A stretch of 64,000 bases of DNA from the human T2T-CHM13v2.0 reference genome, Homo sapiens, in NCBI RefSeq assembly GCF_009914755.1, contig NC_060929.1. The stretch is one strand, 5' to 3'. Shown piece by piece: positions 52,101 through 64,000 of this stretch. Made by a program: the position numbers and the translations under genes. Positions within the stretch are counted from its first letter, which is position 1. The number at the start of each line of letters is the position of its first letter. The notes below the pieces were generated by a model that ran no database searches, was not told the origin of the DNA, and was given only the letters and a program-made list of their open reading frames with translations.

Positions 52101-55100
52101 ATTTCCATTGGCACAATAGCCCTCAAAGCGCTCCAAATATCCACTGGCAGATTCTACCAAAAGAGTGTTTCAAAACTGCTCTGTGAAAAGAAACGTTCAA
52201 CTGTGTTAGCTGAATGCCCACATCACAAAGAAGATTCTGAGAATATTTCTGTCTAGTTTTTATTAGAAGATATTCCCGTTTCCACCAAAGGACACAAAGC
52301 GAAGCCAACTATCCGCTTGCAGATCTTACAAAAACACGTTTCAAAACTGCTCTATCAAAGGAATGGTTCATCTCTCTGGGTTCAACGCACACATCACAAA
52401 GAAGTTTCTGAGAATGCTTCTGGCTAGTTGGTGTGTGAAGATATTCCCGTTTCCAACAAAGGCTTCAAAGCCCTCCAAATATTCACCTGCAATTGTTCAA
52501 AAGAGTGTTTCAAAACTGTTCTATCAAAAGGAAGGTTCAACTCTGTGAGTTGAATGCACGCTTCACATAAATGGTTCTGAGAATGCTTCTTTCTAGTTTT
52601 TATGTGAAGATATTTCCTTCTCCACCATAGCCCTCAAAGCGCTCCAAGTGTCCGCTGGCAGATTCCACAGAAACAGTGTTTCAAAACTGCTCTAACAAAA
52701 GAAAGATTCAACTCCGTGATTTGAATGCACACATCACAAAGAATTTTCTGTGAATCCTTCTGTCTAGTTTTTATATGAGGATATTTCCTTTTCTACCACG
52801 GGCATCCAAGCCTTCCAATTCTCCAATTGTAGATTGCACAAACAGAGTGTTTCAAAACTGCTCCATGAGAAGGAAGATTCAAATTTGGGAGTACAATGCA
52901 CACATCACGAAGAAGTTTCTGAGAATGCTTCTGTCCAGTTTATATGTGAAGATATTCCCGTTTCCAGCAAAGGTCTCAAAGCGGTCCAAATATCCACTTG
53001 CGGATCCCACAAACAGAGTGTTTCAAAGCTGCTCTACGGAAAGGTATGTTCAACTCTGTGAGTTTACTGCAAACATCCTAAAGAAGTTTCTGGGAATGCT
53101 GCTGTCTAGTTTAATGTGAATATCTTTTCTTTTCCGCCATAGCCCTCAAAGAGCTCCAAATATCCACTTTCAGATTCTACAGAGTGTTTCAAAACTGCTC
53201 TATCCAAAAAAAGTTTCAACTCGGTGAGTCGAATGCACATATCACAAAGCAGTTTCTGAGAATGCTTTCGTCTATTTTTCCCAGGAAGATATTTCCTTTT
53301 GGACCGTAGGCCTCAAATCGCTCCAGATATCCACATGCAGATTCTACAAAAAGAGTGTTTCCAAACTGCCCTATCAAAAGGAAGGTTCAACTCTGGTAGT
53401 TGAATGCAAACATCACAAAGAAGTTTCTCAGAATGCTTCTGTCTAGTTGTCATAGGCAGATATTTCTTTTTCTACCATAGGCCTCAAAGCGCTCCAAATA
53501 TCCACTTGCAGATTCTCCGAAAACAGTGTTTCAAAACTGCTCCATAAAAAGGAAGGTTCAACTCTGTGAGTTGAATGGACAGACCACAAAGAAGTTTCTG
53601 AGAATGCTTCTGTCTAGTGTTTATGTGAAGATATTCCCCTTTCCGATGAAGGCCACAAAGCAGTCCAAATATCCACTTGCAGATTCTACAAAAATAGTGC
53701 TTCAAAACTACCCTATGGAAAGGTATGTTCAACACTGTGAGATGAATGCAAACGTCACAAAGAAGTTGCTGAGAATGCTTCAGTCTAGTTTCTATGGGAA
53801 GACATTTCCTTTTGCACCACAGCCCTCAAAGCACTCCAAATGTCTACTTGCAGATTCGATAAAAGAGTTTTACAAAACTGCCCTATCAAAAGAAAGGTTC
53901 AACGCTGTGAGTTGAATCCACATAACACGAAAAAGTTTCTGAGAATGCCTCTATCTACTTTTTATGTGAAGATATTCCGGTTTCCAACGAAGGCCTCAAA
54001 GCGCTCCAAATATCTACTTGCAGATTCTAGAAAAAGAGTGTTTCAAAACTACTCTATTAAAGGAAGGTTCAACTCTGTGAGTTGAATTCACACATCACAA
54101 AGAACTTTCTGACAATTCTTCTATCTAGTTTTTATGTGATGATATTACTGTTTCCTATGAAGGCCTCAAAGTGGTCCGAATATCCACTTGCAGATTCTAC
54201 AAAAAGAGGTTTTCAAAACTGCTCTATGCAGAGGTATGTTCAACTCTGTGAGTTGAATGCAAACATCCCAAAGCAGTTTCTGAGAATGCTTCTGTCTAGT
54301 TTTTAGGGGCAGATTTTCCATTGGCACAATAGCCCTCAAAGCGCTCCAAATATCCACTGGCAGATTCTACCAAAAGAGTGTTTCAAAACTGCTCTGTGAA
54401 AAGAAACGTTCAACTGTGTTAGCTGAATGCCCACATCACAAAGAAGATTCTGAGAATATTTCTGTCTAGTTTTTATTAGAAGATATTCCCGTTTCCACCA
54501 AAGGACACAAAGCGAAGCCAACTATCCGCTTGCAGATCTTACAAAAACACGTTTCAATACTGCTCTATCAAAGGAAAGGTTCATCTCTCTGGGTTCAACG
54601 CACACATCACAAAGAAGTTTCTGAGAATGCTTCTGGCTAGTTTGTGTGTGAAGATATTCCCATTTCCAACAAAGGCTTCAAAGCCCTCCAAATATTCACC
54701 TGCAATTGTTCAAAAGAGTGTTTCAAAACTGTTCTATCAAAAGGAAGGTTCAACTCTGTGAGTTGAATGCACGCTTCACATAAATGGTTCTGAGAATGCT
54801 TCTTTCTAGTTTTTATGTGAAGATATTTCCTTCTCCACCATAGCCCTCAAAGCGCTCCAAGTGTCCGCTGGCAGATTCCACAGAAACAGTGTTTCAAAAC
54901 TGCTCTAACAAAAGAAAGATTCAACTCCGTGATTTGAATGCACACATCACAAAGCATTTTCTGTGAATCCTTCTGTCTAGTTTTTATATGAGGATATTTC
55001 CTTTTCTACCACGGGCATCCAAGCGTTCCAATTCTCCAATTGTAGATTGCACAAACAGAGTGTTTCAAAACTGCTCCATGAGAAGGAAGATTCAAATTTG

Positions 55101-58100
55101 GGAGTACAATGCACACATCACGAAGAAGTTTCTGAGAATGCTTCTGTCCAGTTTATATGTGAAGATATTCCCGTTTCCAGCAAAGGTCTCAAAGCGGTCC
55201 AAATATCCACTTGCGGATCCCACAAACAGAGTTTTTCAAAGCTGCTCTACGGAAAGGTATGTTCAAATCTGTGAGTTTACTGCAAACATCCTAAAGAAGT
55301 TTCTGGGAATGCTGCTGTCTAGTTTAATGTGAATATCTTTTCTTTTCCGCCATAGCCCTCAAAGAGCTCCAAATATCCACTTTCAGATTCTACAGAGTGT
55401 TTCAAAACTGCTCTATCCAAAAAAAGTTTCAACTCGGTGAGTCGAATGCACATATCACAAAGCAGTTTCTGAGAATGCTTTCGTCTATTTTTCCCAGGAA
55501 GATATTTCCTTTTGGACCGTAGGCCTCAAATCGCTCCAGATATCCACATGCAGATTCTACAAAAAGAGTGTTTCCAAACTGCCCTATCAAAAGGAAGGTT
55601 CACCTCTGGTAGTTGAATGCAAACATCACAAAGAAGTTTCTCAGAATGCTTCTGTCTAGTTGTCATAGGCAGATATTTCTTTTTCTACCATAGGCCTCAA
55701 AGCGCTCCAAATATCCACTTGCAGATTCTCCGAAAACAGTGTTTCAAAACTGCTCCATAAAAAGGAAGGTTCAACTCTGTGAGTTGAATGGACAGACCAC
55801 AAAGAAGTTTCTGAGAATGCTTCTGTCTAGTGTTTATGTGAAGATATTCCCGTTTCCGATGAAGGCCTCAAAGCAGTCCAAATATCCACTTGCAGATTCT
55901 ACAAAAATAGTGCTTCAAAACTACTCTATGGAAAGGTATGTTCAACACTGTGAGATGAATGCAAACGTCACAAAGAAGTTGCTGAGAATGCTTCAGTCTA
56001 GTTTCTATGGGAAGACATTTCCTTTTGCACCACAGCCCTCAAAGCACTCCAAATGTCTACTTACAGATTCGATAAAAGAGTTTTACAAAACTGCCCTATC
56101 AAAAGAAAGGTTCAACGCTGTGAGTTGAATCCACATATCACGAAAAAGTTTCTGAGAATGCCTCTATCTACTTTTTATGTGAAGATATTCCGGTTTCCAA
56201 CGAAGGCCTCAAAGCGCTCCAAATATCTACTGGCAGATTCTAGAAAAAGAGTGTTTCAAAACTGCTCTATTAAAGGAAGGTTCAACTCTGTGAGTTGAAT
56301 TCACACATCACAAAGAACTTTCTGACAATGCTTCTATCTAGTTTTTATGTGAAGATATTACTGTTTCCCATGAAGGCCTCAAAGTGGTCCGAATATCCAC
56401 TTGCAGATTCTACAAAAAGAGGTTTTCAAAACTGCTCTATGCAGAGGTATGTTCAACTCTGTGAGTTGAATGCAAACATCCCGAAGCAGTTTCTGAGAAT
56501 GCTTCTGTCTAGTTTTTAGGGGCAGATATTTCCGTTGGCACAATAGCCCTCAAAGCGCTCCAAATATCCACTGGCAGATTCTACCAAAAGAGTGTTTCAA
56601 AACTGCTCTGTGAAAAGAAACGTTCAACTGTGTTAGCTGAATGCCCACATCACAAAGAAGATTCTGAGAATATTTCTGTCTAGTTTTTATTAGAACATAT
56701 TCCCGTTTCCACCAAAGGACACAAAGCGAAGCCAACTATCCGCTTGCAGATCTTACAAAAACACGTTTCAAAACTGCTCTATCAAAGGAAAGGTTCATCT
56801 CTCTGGGTTCAACGCACACATCACAAAGAAGTTTCTGAGAATGCTTCTGGCTAGTTCGTGTGTGAAGATATTCCCGTTTCCAACAAAGGCTTCAAAGCCC
56901 TCCAAATATTCACCTGCAATTGTTCAAAAGAGTGTTTCAAAACTGTTCTATCAAAAGGAAGGTTCAACTCTGTGAGTTGAATGCACGCTTCACATAAATG
57001 GTTCTGAGAATGCTTCTTTCTAGTTTTTATGTGAAGATATTTCCTTCTCCACCATAGCCCTCAAAGCGCTCCAAGTGTCCGCTGGCAGATTCCACAGAAA
57101 CAGTGTTTCAAAACTGCTCTAACAAAAGAAAGATTCAACTCCGTGATTTGAATGCACACATCACAAAGCATTTTCTGTGAATCCTTCTGTCTAGTTTTTA
57201 TATGAGGATATTTCCTTTTCTACCATGGGCATCCAAGCCTTCCAATTCTCCAATTGTAGATTGCACAAACAGAGTGTTTCAAAACTGCTCCATGAGAAGG
57301 AAGATTCAAATTTGGGAGTACAATGCACACATCACGAAGAAGTTTCTGAGAATGCTTCTGTCCAGTTTATCTGTGAAGATATTCCCGTTTCCAGCAAAGG
57401 TCTCAAAGCGGTCCAAATATCCACTTGCGGATCCCACACACAGAGTGTTTCAAAGCTGCTCTACGGAAAGGTATGTTCAACTCTGTGAGTTTACTGCAAA
57501 CATCCTAAAGAAGTTTCTGGGAATGCTGCTGTCTAGTTTAATGTGAATATCTTTTCTTTTCCGCCATAGCCCTCAAAGAGCTCTAAATATCCACTTTCAG
57601 ATTCTACAGAGTGTTTCAAAACTGCTCTATCCAAAAAAAGTTTCAACTCGGAGAGTCGAATGCACATATCACAAAGCAGTTTCTGAGAATGCTTTCGTCT
57701 ATTTTTCCCAGGAAGAGATTTCCTTTTGGACCGTAGGCCTCAAATCGCTCCAGATATCCACATGCAGATTCTACAAAAAGAGTGTTTCCAAACTGCCCTA
57801 TCAAAAGGAAGGTTCACCTCTGGTAGTTGAATGCAAACATCACAAAGAAGTTTCTCAGAATGCTTCTGTCTAGTTGTCATAGGCAGATATTTCTTTTTCT
57901 ACCATAGGCCTCAAAGCGCTCCAAATATCCACTTGCAGATTCTCCGAAAACAGTGTTTCAAAACTGCTCCATAAAAAGGAAGGTTCAACTCTGTGAGTTG
58001 AATGGACAGACCACAAAGAAGTTTCTGAGAATGCTTCTGTCTAGTGTTTATGTGAAGATATTCCCGTTTCCGATGAAGGCCTCAAAGCAGTCCAAATATC

Positions 58101-61100
58101 CACTTGCAGATTCTACAAAAATAGTGCTTCAAAACTACTCTATGGAAAGGTATGTTCAACACTGTGAGATGAATGCAAACGTCACAAAGAAGTTGCTGAG
58201 AATGCTTCAGTCTAGTTTCTATGGGAAGACATTTCCTTTTGCACCACAGCCCTCAAAGCACTCCAAATGTCTACTTACAGATTCGATAAAAGAGTTTTAC
58301 AAAACTGCCCTATCAAAAGAAAGGTTCAACGCTGTGAGTTGAATCCACATATCACGAAAAAGTTTCTGAGAATGCCTCTATCTACTTTTTATGTGAAGAT
58401 ATTCCGGTTTCCAACGAAGGCCTCAAAGCGCTCCAAATATCTACTGGCAGATTCTAGAAAAAGAGTGTTTCAAAACTGCTCTATTAAAGGAAGGTTCAAC
58501 TCTGTGAGTTGAATTCACACATCACAAAGAACTTTCTGACAATGCTTCTATCTAGTTTTTATGTGAAGATATTACTGTTTCCCATGAAGGCCTCAAAGTG
58601 GTCCGAATATCCACTTGCAGATTCTACAAAAAGAGGTTTTCAAAACTGCTCTATGCAGAGGTATGTTCAACTCTGTGAGTTGAATGCAAACATCCCGAAG
58701 CAGTTTCTGAGAATGCTTCTGTCTAGTTTTTAGGGGCAGATATTTCCGTTGGCACAATAGCCCTCAAAGCGCTCCAAATATCCACTGGCAGATTCTACCA
58801 AAAGAGTGTTTCAAAACTGCTCTGTGAAAAGAAACGTTCAACTGTGTTAGCTGAATGCCCACATCACAAAGAAGATTCTGAGAATATTTCTGTCTAGTTT
58901 TTATTAGAAGATATTCCCGTTTCCACCAAAGGACACAAAGCGAAGCCAACTATCCGCTTGCAGATCTTACAAAAACACGTTTCAAAACTGCTCTATCAAA
59001 GGAAAGGTTCATCTCTCTGGGTTCAACGCACACATCACAAAGAAGTTTCTGAGAATGCTTCTGGCTAGTTCGTGTGTGAAGATATTCCCGTTTCCAACAA
59101 AGGCTTCAAAGCCCTCCAAATATTCACCTGCAATTGTTCAAAAGAGTGTTTCAAAACTGTTCTATCAAAAGGAAGGTTCAACTCTGTGAGTTGAATGCAC
59201 GCTTCACATAAATGGTTCTGAGAATGCTTCTTTCTAGTTTTTATGTGAAGATATTTCCTTCTCCACCATAGCCCTCAAAGCGCTCCAAGTGTCCGCTGGC
59301 AGATTCCACAGAAACAGTGTTTCAAAACTGCTCTAACAAAAGAAAGATTCAACTCCGTGATTTGAATGCACACATCACAAAGCATTTTCTGTGAATCCTT
59401 CTGTCTAGTTTTTATATGAGGATATTTCCTTTTCTACCATGGGCATCCAAGCCTTCCAATTCTCCAATTGTAGATTGCACAAACAGAGTGTTTCAAAACT
59501 GCTCCATGAGAAGGAAGATTCAAATTTGGGAGTACAATGCACACATCACGAAGAAGTTTCTGAGAATGCTTCTGTCCAGTTTATCTGTGAAGATATTCCC
59601 GTTTCCAGCAAAGGTCTCAAAGCGGTCCAAATATCCACTTGCGGATCCCACACACAGAGTGTTTCAAAGCTGCTCTACGGAAAGGTATGTTCAACTCTGT
59701 GAGTTTACTGCAAACATCCTAAAGAAGTTTCTGGGAATGCTGCTGTCTAGTTTAATGTGAATATCTTTTCTTTTCCGCCATAGCCCTCAAAGAGCTCTAA
59801 ATATCCACTTTCAGATTCTACAGAGTGTTTCAAAACTGCTCTATCCAAAAAAAGTTTCAACTCGGAGAGTCGAATGCACATATCACAAAGCAGTTTCTGA
59901 GAATGCTTTCGTCTATTTTTCCCAGGAAGAGATTTCCTTTTGGACCGTAGGCCTCAAATCGCTCCAGATATCCACATGCAGATTCTACAAAAAGAGTGTT
60001 TCCAAACTGCCCTATCAAAAGGAAGGTTCACCTCTGGTAGTTGAATGCAAACATCACAAAGAAGTTTCTCAGAATGCTTCTGTCTAGTTGTCATAGGCAG
60101 ATATTTCTTTTTCTACCATAGGCCTCAAAGCGCTCCAAATATCCACTTGCAGATTCTCCGAAAACAGTGTTTCAAAACTGCTCCATAAAAAGGAAGGTTC
60201 AACTCTGTGAGTTGAATGGACAGACCACAAAGAAGTTTCTGAGAATGCTTCTGTCTAGTGTTTATGTGAAGATATTCCCGTTTCCGATGAAGGCCTCAAA
60301 GCAGTCCAAATATCCACTTGCAGATTCTACAAAAATAGTGCTTCAAAACTACTCTATGGAAAGGTATGTTCAACACTGTGAGATGAATGCAAACGTCACA
60401 AAGAAGTTGCTGAGAATGCTTCAGTCTAGTTTCTATGGGAAGACATTTCCTTTTGCACCACAGCCCTCAAAGCACTCCAAATGTCTACTTACAGATTCGA
60501 TAAAAGAGTTTTACAAAACTGCCCTATCAAAAGAAAGGTTCAACGCTGTGAGTTGAATCCACATATCACGAAAAAGTTTCTGAGAATGCCTCTATCTACT
60601 TTTTATGTGAAGATATTCCGGTTTCCAACGAAGGCCTCAAAGCGCTCCAAATATCTACTGGCAGATTCTAGAAAAAGAGTGTTTCAAAACTGCTCTATTA
60701 AAGGAAGGTTCAACTCTGTGAGTTGAATTCACACATCACAAAGAACTTTCTGACAATGCTTCTATCTAGTTTTTATGTGAAGATATTACTGTTTCCCATG
60801 AAGGCCTCAAAGTGGTCCGAATATCCACTTGCAGATTCTACAAAAAGAGGTTTTCAAAACTGCTCTATGCAGAGGTATGTTCAACTCTGTGAGTTGAATG
60901 CAAACATCCCGAAGCAGTTTCTGAGAATGCTTCTGTCTAGTTTTTAGGGGCAGATATTTCCGTTGGCACAATAGCCCTCAAAGCGCTCCAAATATCCACT
61001 GGCAGATTCTACCAAAAGAGTGTTTCAAAACTGCTCTGTGAAAAGAAACGTTCAACTGTGTTAGCTGAATGCCCACATCACAAAGAAGATTCTGAGAATA

Positions 61101-64000
61101 TTTCTGTCTAGTTTTTATTAGAAGATATTCCCGTTTCCACCAAAGGACACAAAGCGAAGCCAACTATCCGCTTGCAGATCTTACAAAAACACGTTTCAAA
61201 ACTGCTCTATCAAAGGAAAGGTTCATCTCTCTGGGTTCAACGCACACATCACAAAGAAGTTTCTGAGAATGCTTCTGGCTAGTTCGTGTGTGAAGATATT
61301 CCCGTTTCCAACAAAGGCTTCAAAGCCCTCCAAATATTCACCTGCAATTGTTCAAAAGAGTGTTTCAAAACTGTTCTATCAAAAGGAAGGTTCAACTCTG
61401 TGAGTTGAATGCACGCTTCACATAAATGGTTCTGAGAATGCTTCTTTCTAGTTTTTATGTGAAGATATTTCCTTCTCCACCATAGCCCTCAAAGCGCTCC
61501 AAGTGTCCGCTGGCAGATTCCACAGAAACAGTGTTTCAAAACTGCTCTAACAAAAGAAAGATTCAACTCCGTGATTTGAATGCACACATCACAAAGCATT
61601 TTCTGTGAATCCTTCTGTCTAGTTTTTATATGAGGATATTTCCTTTTCTACCATGGGCATCCAAGCCTTCCAATTCTCCAATTGTAGATTGCACAAACAG
61701 AGTGTTTCAAAACTGCTCCATGAGAAGGAAGATTCAAATTTGGGAGTACAATGCACACATCACGAAGAAGTTTCTGAGAATGCTTCTGTCCAGTTTATCT
61801 GTGAAGATATTCCCGTTTCCAGCAAAGGTCTCAAAGCGGTCCAAATATCCACTTGCGGATCCCACACACAGAGTGTTTCAAAGCTGCTCTACGGAAAGGT
61901 ATGTTCAACTCTGTGAGTTTACTGCAAACATCCTAAAGAAGTTTCTGGGAATGCTGCTGTCTAGTTTAATGTGAATATCTTTTCTTTTCTGCCATAGCCC
62001 TCAAAGAGCTCCAAATATCCACTTTCAGATTCTACAGAGTGTTTCAAAGCTGCTCTATCCAAAAAAAGTTTCAACTCGGAGAGTCGAATGCACATATCAC
62101 AAAGCAGTTCCTGAGAATGCTTTCGTCTATTTTTCCCAGGAAGATATTTCCTTTTGGACCGTAGGCCTCAAATCGCTCCAGATATCCACATGCAGATTCT
62201 CCAAATGAGTGTTTCCAAACTGCCCTATCAAAAGGAAGGTTCACCTCTGGTAGTTGAATGCAAACATCACAAAGAAGTTTCTCAGAATGCTTCTGTCTAG
62301 TTGTCATAGGCAGATATTTCTTTTTCTACCATGGGCCTCAAAGCGCTCCAAATATCCACTTGCAGATTCTCCGAAAACAGTGTTTCAAAACTGCTCCATA
62401 AAAAAGAAGGTTCAACTCTGTGAGATGAATGGACAGACCACAAAGAAGTTTCTGAGAATGCTTCTGTCTAGTGTTTATGTGAAGATATTCCCGTTTCCGA
62501 TGAAGGCCTCAAAGCAGTCCAAATATCCACTTGCAGATTCTACAAAAATAGTGCTTCAAAACTACTCTATGGAAAGGTATGTTCAACACTGTGAGATGAA
62601 TGCAAACGTCACAAAGAAGTTGCTGAGAATGCTTCAGTCTAGTTTCTATGGGAAGACATTTCCTTTTGCACCACAGCCCTCAAAGCACTCCAAATGTCTA
62701 CTTGCAGATTCGATAAAAGAGTTTTACAAAACTGCTCTATCAAAAGAAAGGTTCAACGCTGTGAGTTGAATCCACATATCACGAAAAAGTTTCTGAGAAT
62801 GCCTCTATCTACTTTTTATGTGAAGATATTCCGGTTTCCAACGAAGGCCTCAAAGCGCTCCAAATATCTACTGGCAGATTCTAGAAAAAGAGTGTTTCAA
62901 AACTGCTCTATTAAAGGAAGGTTCAACTCTGTGAGTTGAATTCACACATCACAAAGAACTTTCTGACAATGCTTCTATCTAGTTTTTATGTGAAGATATT
63001 ACTGTTTCCTATGAAGGCCTCAAAGTGGTCCGAATATCCACTTGCAGATTCTACAAAAAGAGGTTTTCAAAACTGCTCTATGCAGAGGTATGTTCAACTC
63101 TGTGAGTTGAATGCAAACATCCCGAAGCAGTTTCTGAGAATGCTTCTGTCTAGTTTTTAGGGGCAGATATTTCCATTGGCACAAAAGCCCTCAAAGCGCT
63201 CCAAATATCCACTGGCAGATTCTACCAAAAGAGTGTTTCAAAACTGCTCTGTGAAAAGAAACGTTCAACTGTGTTAGCTGAATGCCCACATCACAAAGAA
63301 GATTCTGAGAATATTTCTGTCTAGTTTTTATTAGAAGATATTCCCGTTTCCACCAAAGGACACAAAGCGAAGCCAACTATCCGCTTGCAGATCTTACAAA
63401 AACACGTTTCAAAACTGCTCTATCAAAGGAATGGTTCATCTCTCTGGGTTCAACGCACACATCACAAGGAAGTTTCTGAGAATGCTTCTGGCTAGTTTGT
63501 GTGTGAAGATATTCCCGTTTCCAACAAAGGCTTCAAAGCCCTCCAAATATTCACCTGCAATTGTTCAAAAGAGTGTTTCAAAACTGTTCTATCAAAAGGA
63601 AGGTTCAACTCTGTGAGTTGAATGCACGCTTCACATAAATGGTTCTGAGAATGCTTCTTTCTAGTTTTTATGTGAAGATATTTCCTTCTCCACCATAGCC
63701 CTCAAAGCGCTCCAAGTGTCCGCTGGCAGATTCCACAGAAACAGTGTTTCAAAACTGCTCTAACAAAAGAAAGATTCAACTCCGTGATTTGAATGCACAC
63801 ATCACAAAGCATTTTCTGTGAATCCTTCTGTCTAGTTTTTATATGAGGATATTTCCTTTTCTACCACGGGCATCCAAGCGTTCCAATTCTCCAATTGTAG
63901 ATTGCACAAACAGTGTGTTTCAAAACTGCTCCATGAGAAGGAAGATTCAAATTTGGGAGTACAATGCACACATCACGAAGAAGTTTCTGAGAATGCTTCT
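22139..64000 (-). repeat. HOR haplotype domain 2 (copies 11-29)
   Basis: Predominant alleles CAGCCCTCAAAG, CTACTTTTT, CCGGTTTCC, TCTACTGGCAGATTCTAGA, GTTCAACTCTG, CTCTATCAAAGG and GATTCTCCGAAAA. These show in the ORF track as APQPSK, IFRFP and VQLC from 22.5 kb onward. Confidence 0.88.

Larger units (their letters stand above)
1..64000 (-). repeat. Alpha-satellite array, 13-mer higher-order repeat (~2214 bp unit, ~28.9 copies), SF5-like
   Basis: Alphoid motifs (CTCAAAGCGCTCCAAATATCCACTTGCAGATTCTACAAAAAGAGTGTTTCAAAACTGCTCT; GTTCAACTCTGTGAGTTGAATGCA; CATCACAAAGAAGTTTCTGAGAATGCTTCTGTCTAGTTT) recur every ~171 bp. Near-identical sequence recurs every 2212-2215 bp, as shown by equivalent ORF starts at 394, 2608, 4822, 7036, 9250, 11463 ... 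57953, 60167. 2214/171 is about 13. Strand is given as '-' relative to the conventional orientation in which the CENP-B box reads CTTCGTTGGAAACGGGA. Confidence 0.98.

Noticed and set aside
62254-62769. Longest ORF (171 aa)
   Set aside because: It exists only because a TAG>TGG change (CCATAGG>CCATGGG) joins three monomers in one copy. The 147-aa ORF at 21682 likewise arises from loss of a stop codon.
394-63616. About 170 short ORFs (61-171 aa) recurring every 2.2 kb
   Set aside because: They are translations of the alphoid monomer (FQNCS..KKFLRMLLSS..SKYPLADS repeats, since 171 bp is a multiple of 3). They overlap in several frames, many start at GTG/TTG, and they are freely broken by stops and frameshifts (11720, 20537, 27515). 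There are no recognisable domains.
1-64000. CRISPR-like or other repeat-spacer system
   Set aside because: The sequence between conserved blocks is itself homologous among monomers and repeated in every HOR. There are no unique spacers, leader or cas genes.
1-64000. Transposon insertion, inversion or HOR structural variant
   Set aside because: Unit spacing stays within 2212-2215 bp throughout and orientation is constant. I saw no Alu/L1 sequence, poly-A tail or target-site duplication.
1-64000. D17Z1 13-mer variant or another active SF1-3 HOR
   Set aside because: There is no pentameric or dimeric A/B periodicity and no intact CENP-B box.

Overview
The whole 64 kb window is primate (most likely human) centromeric/pericentromeric alpha satellite. 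It is a head-to-tail array of ~171-bp monomers organised as a 13-monomer higher-order repeat (HOR) of 2212-2215 bp, with about 28.9 copies. All copies have one orientation (the strand reading TCCCGTTTCCAACGAAG-like boxes), and I see no inversion, insertion or monomer-number variant. The A/B monomer order is irregular (A-A-A-B-A-B-B-A-B-B-A-A-B), as expected for suprachromosomal family 5 (R1/R2). I found no intact CENP-B box in any of the six B-type positions. There are no credible genes: all listed ORFs are repeat artefacts. I did not find a new biological system. The remaining interest is array evolution: a sharp HOR-haplotype switch near 22 kb, a more divergent zone at 22-33 kb, recent tandem duplications with out-of-register breakpoints, and mosaic copies that share rare variants with non-adjacent copies. 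All variant calls were read by eye and need alignment to confirm.
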